Shown: positions 43,069 through 52,323, counted from the first letter of the stretch. The stretch: DNA of 64,000 bases from a bacterium (GCA_021813945.1 JAKAJD010000002.1:97343-161342), one strand, 5' to 3'. Program-made: numbers and translations. The notes: generated by a model not told the origin, from the sequence alone.

Positions 43069-45186
43069 ATGAAAAAGCGCAAATATAAAAAAGCGAGATC
43101 TGCACCCGTTCATCTAGAAAAAAAGACAATAATAACGGTTCTTGGAATCAGCCTTTTGCTTTTTTCACTCCTCCTTTTAGCATCAATTTTTACCCAAGCA
43201 GGTGCGCTTCTTTCTCTCAAAGATTATTTTTATAATCTATTTGGGATTGGTGTTGTGCTTGTTCCGTTCGTTTTGATTTTATTAAGTTTTCCTCTGCTTT
43301 CCATAAAGCTTAAGTTCATAAGGGCAAATTTAATCATTGGCTTAGTAGGCGCGCTACTTTCTTTTTTGGGAATGATTGCTGCTTTCTCAGAAAACTTGTC
43401 AGGCGTTTTAGGAACTTCACTCTGGCAAGTTACTAAATCGCTCCTTTCACCAATCGGTGCTTTTTTGATGCTAATTTTGGCGTTTGCAGCAACAGTTGTT
43501 ATCGCTTCAAACGCAAACCTTAGCCAAACGGCCAAAATATTAGCACTTATTTTCAAAAAACTTTTGACCCTTTTTAAATTTTTGAAAAAAATAGTCCTTG
43601 GATCTTCCAAACCAAAATTTGTCACTAAAGCAGGACAAAATGCCCCCAAAAATCCTCTTCCCCGCAATTTAGATGCCTCTATTGCCTCAGCTCAAGATGG
43701 CCTTTCTCAAAATATAGTTGTTAACTCGCCCGGACAAACAAAGATTTGGCAGTACCCGCCGCTTTCACTTCTCGCCGACAGTCGCGGTGCCCAAGCCAAT
43801 AGAGGTAACTTAAAACAGAACGCCAACACCATTGAAAAAACACTTGAAAGCTTCGGTATTACCGCCAAAGTCGTCGAAGTAAATCTAGGTCCAACTATTA
43901 CCCAATACGCTTTGGAAATTCCTATGGGAACAAAGCTTTCTAAAATACTGGCCCTTCAAAACGATTTGGCGCTAGCACTTGCAACCTCGACCGGAAACGT
44001 CAGAGTTGAAGCTCCAATACCTGGCAAATCGTTAGTCGGCATAGAAATCCCCAACATTTCACCTGAAATGGTCTCTTTGAAAAATATCCTCTCAAACAGC
44101 AACATGCGAGCCAATAAATCAAAACTGGCTGTTGGTTTGGGCCTTGATGTTTCCGGTAATCCTGTTATAACTGACGTTGCCAGACTCCCTCACGTTTTAG
44201 TTGCCGGTACAACCGGTTCCGGAAAATCGGTACTCATCAACGCTTTAATAGCTACTCTTCTTTTCAGGGCCAGTCCCCAGGAAGTTAAGCTTATATTAGT
44301 TGATCCAAAGCGTGTTGAGTTAACGGAATACAATGATATTCCTCATCTATTAACGCCTGTTATTGTTGAGCCGGAAAAAATATTATCCGCCCTTAAATGG
44401 GCTGCAGGTGAAATGGACAAACGTTACAAACTCTTTCACGACGCCCAAGTCAGAAACATCTCAAGCTACAATGAACTTTCCGGATTCCAGGCACTTCCCT
44501 ATATAGTAATCGTCATAGACGAGTTGCAAAACCTGATGGAATTTGCGCCCGTCGAAGTAGAAGACGTAATCGTTCGTTTGGCCGCAATGGCAAGAGCCAC
44601 AGGGATCCATTTAGTCCTAGCCACGCAAAGGCCATCGGTCGATGTCATAACCGGACTTATTAAAGCTAACATTCCTTGTCGTGTCGCGTTTAATGTTTCA
44701 TCGATGGTCGATTCCAGAGTTATAATTGATTCCCCGGGTGCCGAAAAACTTCTAGGAAAAGGAGACATGCTTTACGTTCCACCGGATGCCTCCAAACCCA
44801 TGAGAATTCAAGGTGTTTTCGTTTCGGACACAGAAATCAGGAACCTAATTAGTTTTCTAAAAAGCTCCGGAATTGCGCCGCAATACACAGAAGAAGTAAC
44901 CCAGATGCCGATTGGCAAAATGAAAGGCGGGGGTGGTGCATCAAGCGGCGACCAGGATGATCTTTTCGAAGAAGCGGTTAGAACCATTTGTCAGTACGAT
45001 AGAGCATCCGCATCTCTTCTCCAAAGAAGATTAAGGATTGGATACGCAAGGGCGGCTAGGCTTTTGGACGAGCTAGAATCGGAAGGAATCGTAGGCCCCG
45101 GCGAAGGTTCGAAACCTAGAGATGTCCTTGTCAAAAATCCCGATGATTATTTCGCGTCGCAAGGCCAAGTAGAAGCGCAGGCATAA
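43069..45186 (+). CDS. ftsK: DNA translocase FtsK/SpoIIIE
   Basis: N-terminal polytopic membrane domain. Motor domain with VLVAGTTGSGKSVLINALI (Walker A) and IVIVIDEL (Walker B). Gamma domain LLQRRLRIGYARAARLLDELE. Confidence 0.9.
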   Translation: MKKRKYKKARSAPVHLEKKTIITVLGISLLLFSLLLLASIFTQAGALLSLKDYFYNLFGIGVVLVPFVLILLSFPLLSIKLKFIRANLIIGLVGALLSFLGMIAAFSENLSGVLGTSLWQVTKSLLSPIGAFLMLILAFAATVVIASNANLSQTAKILALIFKKLLTLFKFLKKIVLGSSKPKFVTKAGQNAPKNPLPRNLDASIASAQDGLSQNIVVNSPGQTKIWQYPPLSLLADSRGAQANRGNLKQNANTIEKTLESFGITAKVVEVNLGPTITQYALEIPMGTKLSKILALQNDLALALATSTGNVRVEAPIPGKSLVGIEIPNISPEMVSLKNILSNSNMRANKSKLAVGLGLDVSGNPVITDVARLPHVLVAGTTGSGKSVLINALIATLLFRASPQEVKLILVDPKRVELTEYNDIPHLLTPVIVEPEKILSALKWAAGEMDKRYKLFHDAQVRNISSYNELSGFQALPYIVIVIDELQNLMEFAPVEVEDVIVRLAAMARATGIHLVLATQRPSVDVITGLIKANIPCRVAFNVSSMVDSRVIIDSPGAEKLLGKGDMLYVPPDASKPMRIQGVFVSDTEIRNLISFLKSSGIAPQYTEEVTQMPIGKMKGGGGASSGDQDDLFEEAVRTICQYDRASASLLQRRLRIGYARAARLLDELESEGIVGPGEGSKPRDVLVKNPDDYFASQGQVEAQA

Positions 45187-45192
45187 AGCCTT

Positions 45193-45819
45193 ATGAAAAA
45201 TCTTGGCGAAACGCTTTCGGAAACAAGAAAGAAAAAGCACATCTCCACAACTCATGCAGCTTCCGATCTTCTCATTAAAAAAGAACACATAGAAGCTTTA
45301 GAATCTCAAGACTGGCAAAGTCTTCCAGAGCCTACATTTGTAAAAGGCTTTATAAAAAGTTACGCAACGTATCTTGGTTTGGATGCCGACCATATTCTTG
45401 CAATCTACAGAAGGGAATTTGACGAATCTAAGTTCCAGAAGCAGCATAAAAATCCGAGAGCCGAAAAAAGGCTATTTTTAACGCCAACAAGGCTTATAAA
45501 TTTAGCATTTATCTTTGCAATTTTTGTTTTTGTCGCCTATATTCTTATTACTTTTTCTTCAATACTTTCTACACCAAAACTTGAAGTTTTATCACCTCAG
45601 CCGGACATTACCACCTCTGTCCCGGTCGTTCAAGTTATCGGCAAAACGGACCCTGAGGCCACAGTTTCCATAGCAGGCGAATTCGCACCGGTTGACAACC
45701 AGGGAAATTTTTCGAAAGAATATTCTCTTTCTCAAGGGAAAAACGATATAGAAATAATATCCTCAAAACGTCTTTCCCCAAAAGCAAGAATTATAAGAAC
45801 CGTCAGGCTCATTCGATAA
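45193..45819 (+). CDS. RodZ-like HTH membrane protein
   Basis: N-terminal XRE-type HTH with GFIKSYATYLGLD signature, single TM, C-terminal DUF4115-like beta domain. Confidence 0.6.
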   Translation: MKNLGETLSETRKKKHISTTHAASDLLIKKEHIEALESQDWQSLPEPTFVKGFIKSYATYLGLDADHILAIYRREFDESKFQKQHKNPRAEKRLFLTPTRLINLAFIFAIFVFVAYILITFSSILSTPKLEVLSPQPDITTSVPVVQVIGKTDPEATVSIAGEFAPVDNQGNFSKEYSLSQGKNDIEIISSKRLSPKARIIRTVRLIR

Positions 45820-45878
45820 TCGACGTTGACAAATAGGTTTGCTTACAGTATATCTACTTTACAGTAAAGGTTCTGCCC

Positions 45879-46157
45879 ATGGACGCAACTCAAGCGGTAA
45901 TTCTATCATCCATAATCGTCTTAACAATCCTTCTGGCTGTTATTGCCTACCAGCTATTTTTTGTTCTAAAAGAGTTAAAAAACACTCTCAAAAAAACCAA
46001 TAAGATTTTAGATGACGCACAAGATTTTGTAACCCAAATTAAAAAACCAATTGAATCTGCAAATAGCCTCATTGCGGCAGTTACCACAGGTGCCGGAGTT
46101 GCCCATTTTCTAAAAAGGATAAAGGAGGCGGAAAAACATGAGCGACGAGAAAAATAA
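45879..46157 (+). CDS. DUF948 (YtxG-like) membrane protein
   Basis: N-terminal TM helix then a coiled coil. Paired with the YtxH-like gene that overlaps its 3-prime end, as in the Bacillus ytxG-ytxH pair. Confidence 0.5.
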   Translation: MDATQAVILSSIIVLTILLAVIAYQLFFVLKELKNTLKKTNKILDDAQDFVTQIKKPIESANSLIAAVTTGAGVAHFLKRIKEAEKHERREK

Positions 46158-46506
46158 TTCTCTTAATAATTTTTTAACGGGGGCAATTGTCGGTGCTGTT
46201 GTCACTTTTCTTTTTGCAACCAAAACCGGCAGAAAAATCAAAGATGAGCTGCTTGAAGAAGGCTCAAGGCTTATTGATGCAATATCCGATGAAATCGATG
46301 ATGCCCCGCAGCAAGTAAAAGATACAAAAAAGGAAATAAAAAAAGAATTAGCCGAAAAGGCCGATCAAGTCGAAGATTTCAAAGAGGGGATACGAGACTC
46401 AGCTCAAGAAATTTTGCGTGAAGTGCCCGAACAAGCGGAAAACATCCAAAAAAAAGGCCGCCATTTCTTTTTCTCCAAAAAAAGTAATCCCAAAAACGAA
46501 TCCTGA
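46138..46506 (+). CDS. YtxH-like protein
   Basis: FLTGAIVGAVVTFLFATKTGRKIKDEL matches the YtxH N-terminal motif (GxxxGxxxGxLxAPKSGKETR); charged helical remainder. Confidence 0.55.
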   Translation: MSDEKNNSLNNFLTGAIVGAVVTFLFATKTGRKIKDELLEEGSRLIDAISDEIDDAPQQVKDTKKEIKKELAEKADQVEDFKEGIRDSAQEILREVPEQAENIQKKGRHFFFSKKSNPKNES

Positions 46507-46510
46507 TTTC

Positions 46511-46539
46511 TTGCTTTTACAACGAGGCTCAAATATAAT
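46511..46539 (+). promoter_or_regulatory. near-consensus sigma70-type promoter TTGCTT-N17-TATAAT
   Basis: -35 TTGCTT at 46511-46516, 17-nt spacer, -10 TATAAT at 46534-46539. An ATG at 46546 lies 6 nt downstream (leaderless geometry). Confidence 0.5.
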
Positions 46540-46592
46540 GATTTTATGGCTAAAGTTTTAAGCCATTATTTCACAAGAATTAACACTTCCTA

Positions 46593-46642
46593 GGGAGGTT
46601 TTAGTTTCTGTGGAACAAACCTCCCTAAGGGGAGGTTTTTTT
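46593..46642 (+). terminator. attenuator-like element: alternative hairpins GGGAGGTTT (46593-46601) / AAACCTCCC (46617-46625) / GGGGAGGTTT (46629-46638) plus T7 (46636-46642)
   Basis: The middle element is perfectly complementary to both flanks. Pairing with the 3-prime copy gives a 9-bp stem, 4-nt loop and U7 (intrinsic terminator). Pairing with the 5-prime copy gives a mutually exclusive 9-bp antiterminator. Confidence 0.55.
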
Positions 46643-46664
46643 GTGGGAAAAAGGAGGTGAAAAA

Positions 46665-46844
46665 ATGAAAGAACAATTTCAAGACAAATACAATCCTGTT
46701 TGGCCAGATGCCAAAGGCGAGTTGGCAGGTCAGCCTGTCGGAAAAAGCATATTCGAAAATAGTTGCTGGCTGCCTATGCCTGAAGCTAAAACCGGATCGG
46801 AAAATAATAAAGCGAAAATGGTAAAAGTTGAGGTAATGGTTTAA
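46665..46844 (+). CDS. small hypothetical protein (59 aa) with strong SD (AAGGAGGTGA), between the attenuator-like element and alaS
   Basis: ATG at 46665 is 4 nt after a near-perfect Shine-Dalgarno. The ORF-track TTG start at 46641 lies inside the U-run. No family recognised. Confidence 0.45.
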   Translation: MKEQFQDKYNPVWPDAKGELAGQPVGKSIFENSCWLPMPEAKTGSENNKAKMVKVEVMV

Positions 46845-46861
46845 TTGATATAATTTAATCT

Positions 46862-48634
46862 ATGACATCTGTCGAACTTCGCCAGAAGTACCTTAAATTT
46901 TTTCAAGGCCGAGATCATAAAATCATTCCGTCAGCTTCACTAATTCCATCTGAAGAAGTAGAGCTGGCGGGGACGGAGCGCGTGCTTTTTACAACAGCCG
47001 GCATGCATCCTTTAATTCCGTATCTTATGGGCAAAAGTCATTCGGAAGGGACCCGCTTGGTAAACGTTCAAAAGTGTTTGCGAACCGATGATATCGATGA
47101 GGTTGGGGACGCGGTCCACAACACTTTTTTTGAGATGCTTGGCAATTGGTCTTTGGGAGATTATTGGAAAGAAGAGGCCATCACTTGGTCATACGAATTC
47201 ATGGTCAATGAACTTAAGTTGGACTCGAAGCGAATTTATGTATCGGTTTTTGCTGGGGACAATGATGCACCTTTCGACCAGCAGTCATACGATACATGGA
47301 TTAAAGTTGGCATACCCGAAGACCACATTTTTAAATACGGCAAAGAAGATAATTGGTGGCCAACAGGCGGCGAAAAACCGGGACCACAAGGCCCTGATAC
47401 AGAAATGTTTTATGATCTTGATCCTCGGTCAAAGTCCCCAATCGACCCATCAGCAAACAGCCAACGTTTTGTTGAAATTTGGAACGACGTTTTTATGGAA
47501 TATGAAAGACAAGCTGACGGCTCATACACCCCGCTCAAGCAAAGAAATGTTGATACGGGTATGGGCCTTGAGCGCATGCTCACGGTTTTACAAAAAGCCC
47601 CTTCAATTTACGAAACCGATGTCTTTTTGCCGCTTATGAAAAAAATCGAGGACATGACAGATTTCTTCAGCGACTCATCCGCTCGCATTGTTGCCGACCA
47701 CATACGAGCGGCAGTATTTCTCATTTCAGACGGTGTTTCACCATCAAACGTTGAACGTGGATACATCCTACGCCGCCTTATCCGCCGCACCATCCGTCAC
47801 GCCTCACTTTTAAAAATCGACCAGAATTTTTTATCGGAATTTTCAAAGGTTGTCATCAAAACTTACGAAAATATTTACCCTGATTTAGTTGAACACCAAC
47901 AGTTAATAAGTACCGAACTCCAAAAGGAAGAACAAAAATTCAAAAATGCCCTTGCTCAAGGACTTAAAAATTTCGAAAAAATTTCCGGTAATATCTCAGG
48001 CCAACAAGCTTTTGACCTTTACCAAAACTTTGGCTTTCCAATCGAATTAACTGCAGAACTTGCAAAGGAAAAAAACAAAAAAGTCGACTTAAACGATTTT
48101 GAAAAATTACTCAAAGTTCATCAAAATCTTTCAAAATCACAAAGTCAAAAAACAAAAGGGGGACTGGCGGTCCAATCGGATATTGCAGCCCGCTATCATA
48201 CTGCGACCCATCTTATGCATCAGGCTCTTCGCGACGAGTTAGGTTCTCACGTTCATCAAACCGGATCGCACATCACCAATGAGAGACTACGATTCGATTT
48301 CAGCCACGATGCAAAACTTACAGATCAGCAAATTCAAAAGGTTGAAAAAATTGTCAACGAAAAAATCAAAAAAAATCTTCCGGTCCATAAAAAATCTTTA
48401 CCTAAAGAAATTGCGGATGAAATCGGCGCAATCGGCCTTTTCCGCGAAAAATATGGCGATCTTGTAAATATCTACTATATCGGGGAATCAGACGATCCAA
48501 AAATTGCTTATTCCAAAGAATTTTGCGGCGGTCCCCACGCTAAATCAACTGGTGAAATCGGGGATTTCAAAATAATAAAAGAAGAATCGGCCGGATCAGG
48601 AATTCGCCGAATTTATGCTACAATAAAATCATAA
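46862..48634 (+). CDS. alaS: alanyl-tRNA synthetase, compact form lacking the C-terminal C-Ala domain
   Basis: Class II catalytic core (FFQGRDHKIIPSASLIPSEE, FTTAGM, WNDVFMEYER), editing-domain zinc motifs HTATHLMHQAL and CGGPHAKSTGEIG. Ends at 590 aa. Confidence 0.9.
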   Translation: MTSVELRQKYLKFFQGRDHKIIPSASLIPSEEVELAGTERVLFTTAGMHPLIPYLMGKSHSEGTRLVNVQKCLRTDDIDEVGDAVHNTFFEMLGNWSLGDYWKEEAITWSYEFMVNELKLDSKRIYVSVFAGDNDAPFDQQSYDTWIKVGIPEDHIFKYGKEDNWWPTGGEKPGPQGPDTEMFYDLDPRSKSPIDPSANSQRFVEIWNDVFMEYERQADGSYTPLKQRNVDTGMGLERMLTVLQKAPSIYETDVFLPLMKKIEDMTDFFSDSSARIVADHIRAAVFLISDGVSPSNVERGYILRRLIRRTIRHASLLKIDQNFLSEFSKVVIKTYENIYPDLVEHQQLISTELQKEEQKFKNALAQGLKNFEKISGNISGQQAFDLYQNFGFPIELTAELAKEKNKKVDLNDFEKLLKVHQNLSKSQSQKTKGGLAVQSDIAARYHTATHLMHQALRDELGSHVHQTGSHITNERLRFDFSHDAKLTDQQIQKVEKIVNEKIKKNLPVHKKSLPKEIADEIGAIGLFREKYGDLVNIYYIGESDDPKIAYSKEFCGGPHAKSTGEIGDFKIIKEESAGSGIRRIYATIKS

Positions 48635-48641
48635 ATTTTTA

Positions 48642-49307
48642 ATGGATCCGACTGCCCAAACCAATAACCCAAATCCCCAAGGAGACGCTGCCAAGAGTCC
48701 AATTGAACCAGGACAATTTGTTGTCGCAGGAGCTGACCCCGTACCTCCCCAGCCGCAACCAGCTCCGCCCGCACAACAAGCACCTATAGGCCAACCGCAG
48801 CAACCCGCTTCGCCACCTCAACCAATGTCACCACCTCAACCAAGGCCAGGATTTTCGCTTGCTCAGGATAAAAACCTAGCTCAAAGCTTCCCAACGCCAC
48901 CACCTCAACCACAAGTTCCCAGCCCACCACCTCCGCCACCACCTCAACCTGACATGACGATGCAACCGGACCCAACCCCTTTTACCGGCCCTGGGCAACA
49001 AGGTTCAGTTCCAACACAACAACCTCCAGCATCAAAAATGAAAAAGATTAAATTAATTGTGATTCTTATTGCAGTTTTAATACTAATCGGAATAGTTGCA
49101 GCAGTTGCCTGGTTTTTTATTCTCAACAAACCGCAAACTACAGCTCAAAATGTCAAAACTCAAAATGTCCAAGAAACAATTGAGCCAACCCCCTTACCTC
49201 AAACACCAACAAATGGCTTTGGCAATTTGCCCCAGGCAACAGATAGTGGCCAAGCAAGCGCATCAGGTCAGTTGCAACAACCACCGCTCAATCAACCAGC
49301 CCCCTAA
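48642..49307 (+). CDS. proline-rich bitopic membrane protein
   Basis: About 140-aa P/Q-rich N-terminal region (PPQPQVPSPPPPPPPQP), one TM helix, short C-terminal domain. Starts 8 nt after the alaS stop. Confidence 0.45.
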   Translation: MDPTAQTNNPNPQGDAAKSPIEPGQFVVAGADPVPPQPQPAPPAQQAPIGQPQQPASPPQPMSPPQPRPGFSLAQDKNLAQSFPTPPPQPQVPSPPPPPPPQPDMTMQPDPTPFTGPGQQGSVPTQQPPASKMKKIKLIVILIAVLILIGIVAAVAWFFILNKPQTTAQNVKTQNVQETIEPTPLPQTPTNGFGNLPQATDSGQASASGQLQQPPLNQPAP

Positions 49308-49341
49308 AGTCACTGGCTGATATAATGTTAAACGGTTACAA

Positions 49342-51555
49342 ATGGCAATAAATATTTCCCCCTCTTTTTTTAAAAAGTCGAAATCACAACCAGACATTAA
49401 TTATTTAGCTCTTACATTAACTCCAACAAAAACCATCGCGGCAGTTTGGGTTTTGACAGAAGAAAACGTACAGATTCTGGGCATCGCAGAAAAATCTTTT
49501 ACAAGTATAGATTCCTTGGTACACGAGGCAGCAGTAGCTATCGATACAGCCGGAAAACAGGCCAAAAGCGATGTTTCCCAAACAGTTTTCGGACTCTCGA
49601 GCTACTATTTTGAAGGGAAAAATTTATCTTCCGAGTCAACAGCCATTTTAAAAAGTCTTGCCGATGAGCTCGATTTAAAAGCTCAAGCATATGTCTCTTT
49701 GGCATCATCAATAAACCATTACTTTAAAATCAAAGATGGTGTTACCCCTCATGCCCTTTTGGTTGGATCTTTTGGAGATTACACCGAAGTTCATCTCGTA
49801 AGAAATAATCAAGTACAAAAGACAAAAATCTCCAAATCCCAGCCTAGTACTATCGAAAAAATAGTTCAGCTTGCAGGCCAAATTAAAACCGAAGAAGGTC
49901 ACGACTTGCCATCAAGAATAATAGTTTATGGAGCAGTAGAGGAATCACATATTGGAAAAGAAATCACCAAAAAAGACGAATGGAAAGATCTCTTTGCCCA
50001 AGCTCCGAAAATCGATTTTATAGAAGACCAGCAGGTGGCAGAAGCAGTTGCATATTCCCAAGCTGCAGATGCGCTTGGCCATGACCCAATGTTAGTTCCA
50101 GTTTCAAATTCACAAAAAAATGAGACCCAAGAAGCTGTCCCAATTGAATCTCAAGAAGAATCTTTAGCGCAAGATATGGGTTTTGTCGAAGGTGAAGACA
50201 TCTTAGAGATCAAAAAAACACATATGCCAAAAGCAGGAGAAAAGCCCGCCGATGATTTGGCAAACGTTGAAATTCCACAAGAATTTGCTGTTGAAGAAAC
50301 GAGCCACAAACTTCAACAAGAAGAGATACCAACTCCTCAAAAAGAAAAAAGGGGTAAACAAAGCCTTATAGAAAAACTCACAACACTTGCCTGGCTACAG
50401 GGATTTTTGGATCTTTTTAAGGGCTCAAAATCACCAAGAAAAATCGCAATTGTTTTAGTTAGTCTAATCTTACTTCTGGTGCTTGGCACTTTTCTAGCAT
50501 CACGAACTTTAGCAAGCGTTCAGATCATAATAATGGCCAACACCCAACCCCAGCAAGACAACTTCAACATTTCTGCCGAGCGCGGCGCAACACTCGACCC
50601 GTCAGCAGGCGTAATCCCCGGAGAAGAACTGACAGCGTCGGCAGACGGAAACCAAAAAGCGGTAACTACGGGAACCAAAAATACTGGCGACAAAGCCAAA
50701 GGCCAAGTCAATATTTTTAACTGGACAACCAGCCCTAAAAATTTTTCCTCGGGAACAGTTCTCATCACATCAAATGGCGTAAAATTCACTCTAGATTCTG
50801 ACACAGATGTTGCATCCCGCAGCGCTTCGCTTCCAGGTCAAAGCCAAGCAAATATCACAGCCCAAAATTTTGGCACAGATGGCAACATTTCTGCCAGCAC
50901 AGACCTAACTTTTCAACAGTATGACCAACTTCTTTATTCGGCAAAAAACGACAATGCGCTAACAGGCGGTGACCAGAAACAAATAACAGTCGTCTCCAAA
51001 GAAGACATGGATAAGCTAAACAAGTCGCTTTTGGACTCCTTAACCCAAAAGGCCAAATCGAACCTTAAAGATCAAGCCTCCGGCAAAAAAATAAATGACG
51101 ACGCAGTAACTATTACTGTCACCAAAAAGCAATTCGACAAAAATTTAGATGACGAAGCCTCAATTCTTAATTTAGATATGACAGTTCAAGCTAAAATTAT
51201 TGCTTATTCAGAAGATGACCTCAAAAACGTGATTGCTCAAAAAATAAACTCCAGTCAAACGAATAACCTTGAAGCAAGGCCCGAAAATATTCAAATCACA
51301 AATGTCCAAACCAAGGGAAATGTCAATAAACTTATCTTAAGCGGCCAATACAATGCAGATCTTGTTCCCAAATTTAACGATGATGATCTTAAGAGCAAAA
51401 TCGCAGGTAAAACCACCAAGGGTGCAAGAACCATCATAAAACAAATTCCCCAGGTTTCTGACGTCCAATTCCAATTCAGTCCCAATCTTTTTATCTTCTT
51501 TACGATCCCCACCTCAAAATCAAAGATAGCTTTTAAGGTTCAAAGCTCCCAATGA
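49342..51555 (+). CDS. large bitopic membrane protein (737 aa): cytoplasmic N-terminal half, central TM helix, extracytoplasmic C-terminal half. N-terminal half possibly actin-like (FtsA/PilM-type)
   Basis: TM helix KIAIVLVSLILLLVLGTFLA near residue 365. The N-terminal half starts with an FtsA/PilM-like pattern (YLALTLTPTKTIAAVWVLTEENVQILGIAEKSF), weak evidence only. Its stop overlaps the sortase start (ATGA). Confidence 0.5.
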   Translation: MAINISPSFFKKSKSQPDINYLALTLTPTKTIAAVWVLTEENVQILGIAEKSFTSIDSLVHEAAVAIDTAGKQAKSDVSQTVFGLSSYYFEGKNLSSESTAILKSLADELDLKAQAYVSLASSINHYFKIKDGVTPHALLVGSFGDYTEVHLVRNNQVQKTKISKSQPSTIEKIVQLAGQIKTEEGHDLPSRIIVYGAVEESHIGKEITKKDEWKDLFAQAPKIDFIEDQQVAEAVAYSQAADALGHDPMLVPVSNSQKNETQEAVPIESQEESLAQDMGFVEGEDILEIKKTHMPKAGEKPADDLANVEIPQEFAVEETSHKLQQEEIPTPQKEKRGKQSLIEKLTTLAWLQGFLDLFKGSKSPRKIAIVLVSLILLLVLGTFLASRTLASVQIIIMANTQPQQDNFNISAERGATLDPSAGVIPGEELTASADGNQKAVTTGTKNTGDKAKGQVNIFNWTTSPKNFSSGTVLITSNGVKFTLDSDTDVASRSASLPGQSQANITAQNFGTDGNISASTDLTFQQYDQLLYSAKNDNALTGGDQKQITVVSKEDMDKLNKSLLDSLTQKAKSNLKDQASGKKINDDAVTITVTKKQFDKNLDDEASILNLDMTVQAKIIAYSEDDLKNVIAQKINSSQTNNLEARPENIQITNVQTKGNVNKLILSGQYNADLVPKFNDDDLKSKIAGKTTKGARTIIKQIPQVSDVQFQFSPNLFIFFTIPTSKSKIAFKVQSSQ

Positions 51556-52277
51556 GTCTTGCAATTTATATCAAAAAAAATCCTGAGGAAATCTATCAGT
51601 CAAAAATTAGGCAGAAAAAAAGGGATAGATTTTTTGGAATCTCCATTCTTCTTGTTGGCTTTTGTGCTATTGTTTTTGCTTCCTGGCCGCTTTTAGTTTG
51701 GAATTTAGATCTTATCCCAAAACTCTCATCAAAAATCGAGACTGTTCCAATACCTCAGGCAAAAATTCTTTCTGCAAGAACCTCAATCTCGGCATATGTA
51801 CAAGTTACAAAAGATGCCGACGGCTTTTCCTATTTCACAACGGATTTTAGACCAAACCAGAAGAGGCCCAGTGAATTTTATCTTTCTATTCCCAAAATGA
51901 AGATTGAAGATGCTCTTGTTAAAGTTGACACGATTACATTTTATGAAAACCTGGCCTTATTTCCTGGAACGGCAATCCCTGGGGAAGTTGGAAACGCATT
52001 TATTACTGGTCATTCCGTCCTTCCACAATTCAACGACCCTAAAAATTATCGGACAATTTTTACAGATTTACCAAGTCTGGAAATAGGCGATACGGTTTAT
52101 GCAAAAGTGGACGGAAAAACCTACCAATATTTAGTCCAGTACAAAAAGGTGGTAGACCCCAACGACACCTCTGTTCTGGCACCAATTGCCAAAGGGGCAA
52201 AAACTTTAACTCTTATGACCTGTGTTCCACCAGGCACCAGTTTCAAAAGATTAATAGTTGTCACAAGTCTGATCTAG
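51552..52277 (+). CDS. sortase family transpeptidase
   Basis: N-terminal TM anchor. Catalytic His in FITGHS, catalytic Cys in TLTLMTCVPP (TLXTC motif), then a conserved Arg (FKRLIVV). Confidence 0.75.
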   Translation: MSLAIYIKKNPEEIYQSKIRQKKRDRFFGISILLVGFCAIVFASWPLLVWNLDLIPKLSSKIETVPIPQAKILSARTSISAYVQVTKDADGFSYFTTDFRPNQKRPSEFYLSIPKMKIEDALVKVDTITFYENLALFPGTAIPGEVGNAFITGHSVLPQFNDPKNYRTIFTDLPSLEIGDTVYAKVDGKTYQYLVQYKKVVDPNDTSVLAPIAKGAKTLTLMTCVPPGTSFKRLIVVTSLI

Positions 52278-52323
52278 GAAAGGACTATTTACTAATCGAC
52301 CTTTTGCATTTACTATTAAGCCG

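Noticed and set aside
46540..46660. T-box riboswitch upstream of alaS
   Set aside because: Element A (UAGGGAGGUUU) superficially resembles the T-box core (UAGGGUGGUAC). However, the A:B antiterminator has no UGGN bulge to pair with tRNA NCCA. There is no Stem I or specifier loop, and only about 50-100 nt of leader are available. The element is called a generic attenuator-like structure instead.
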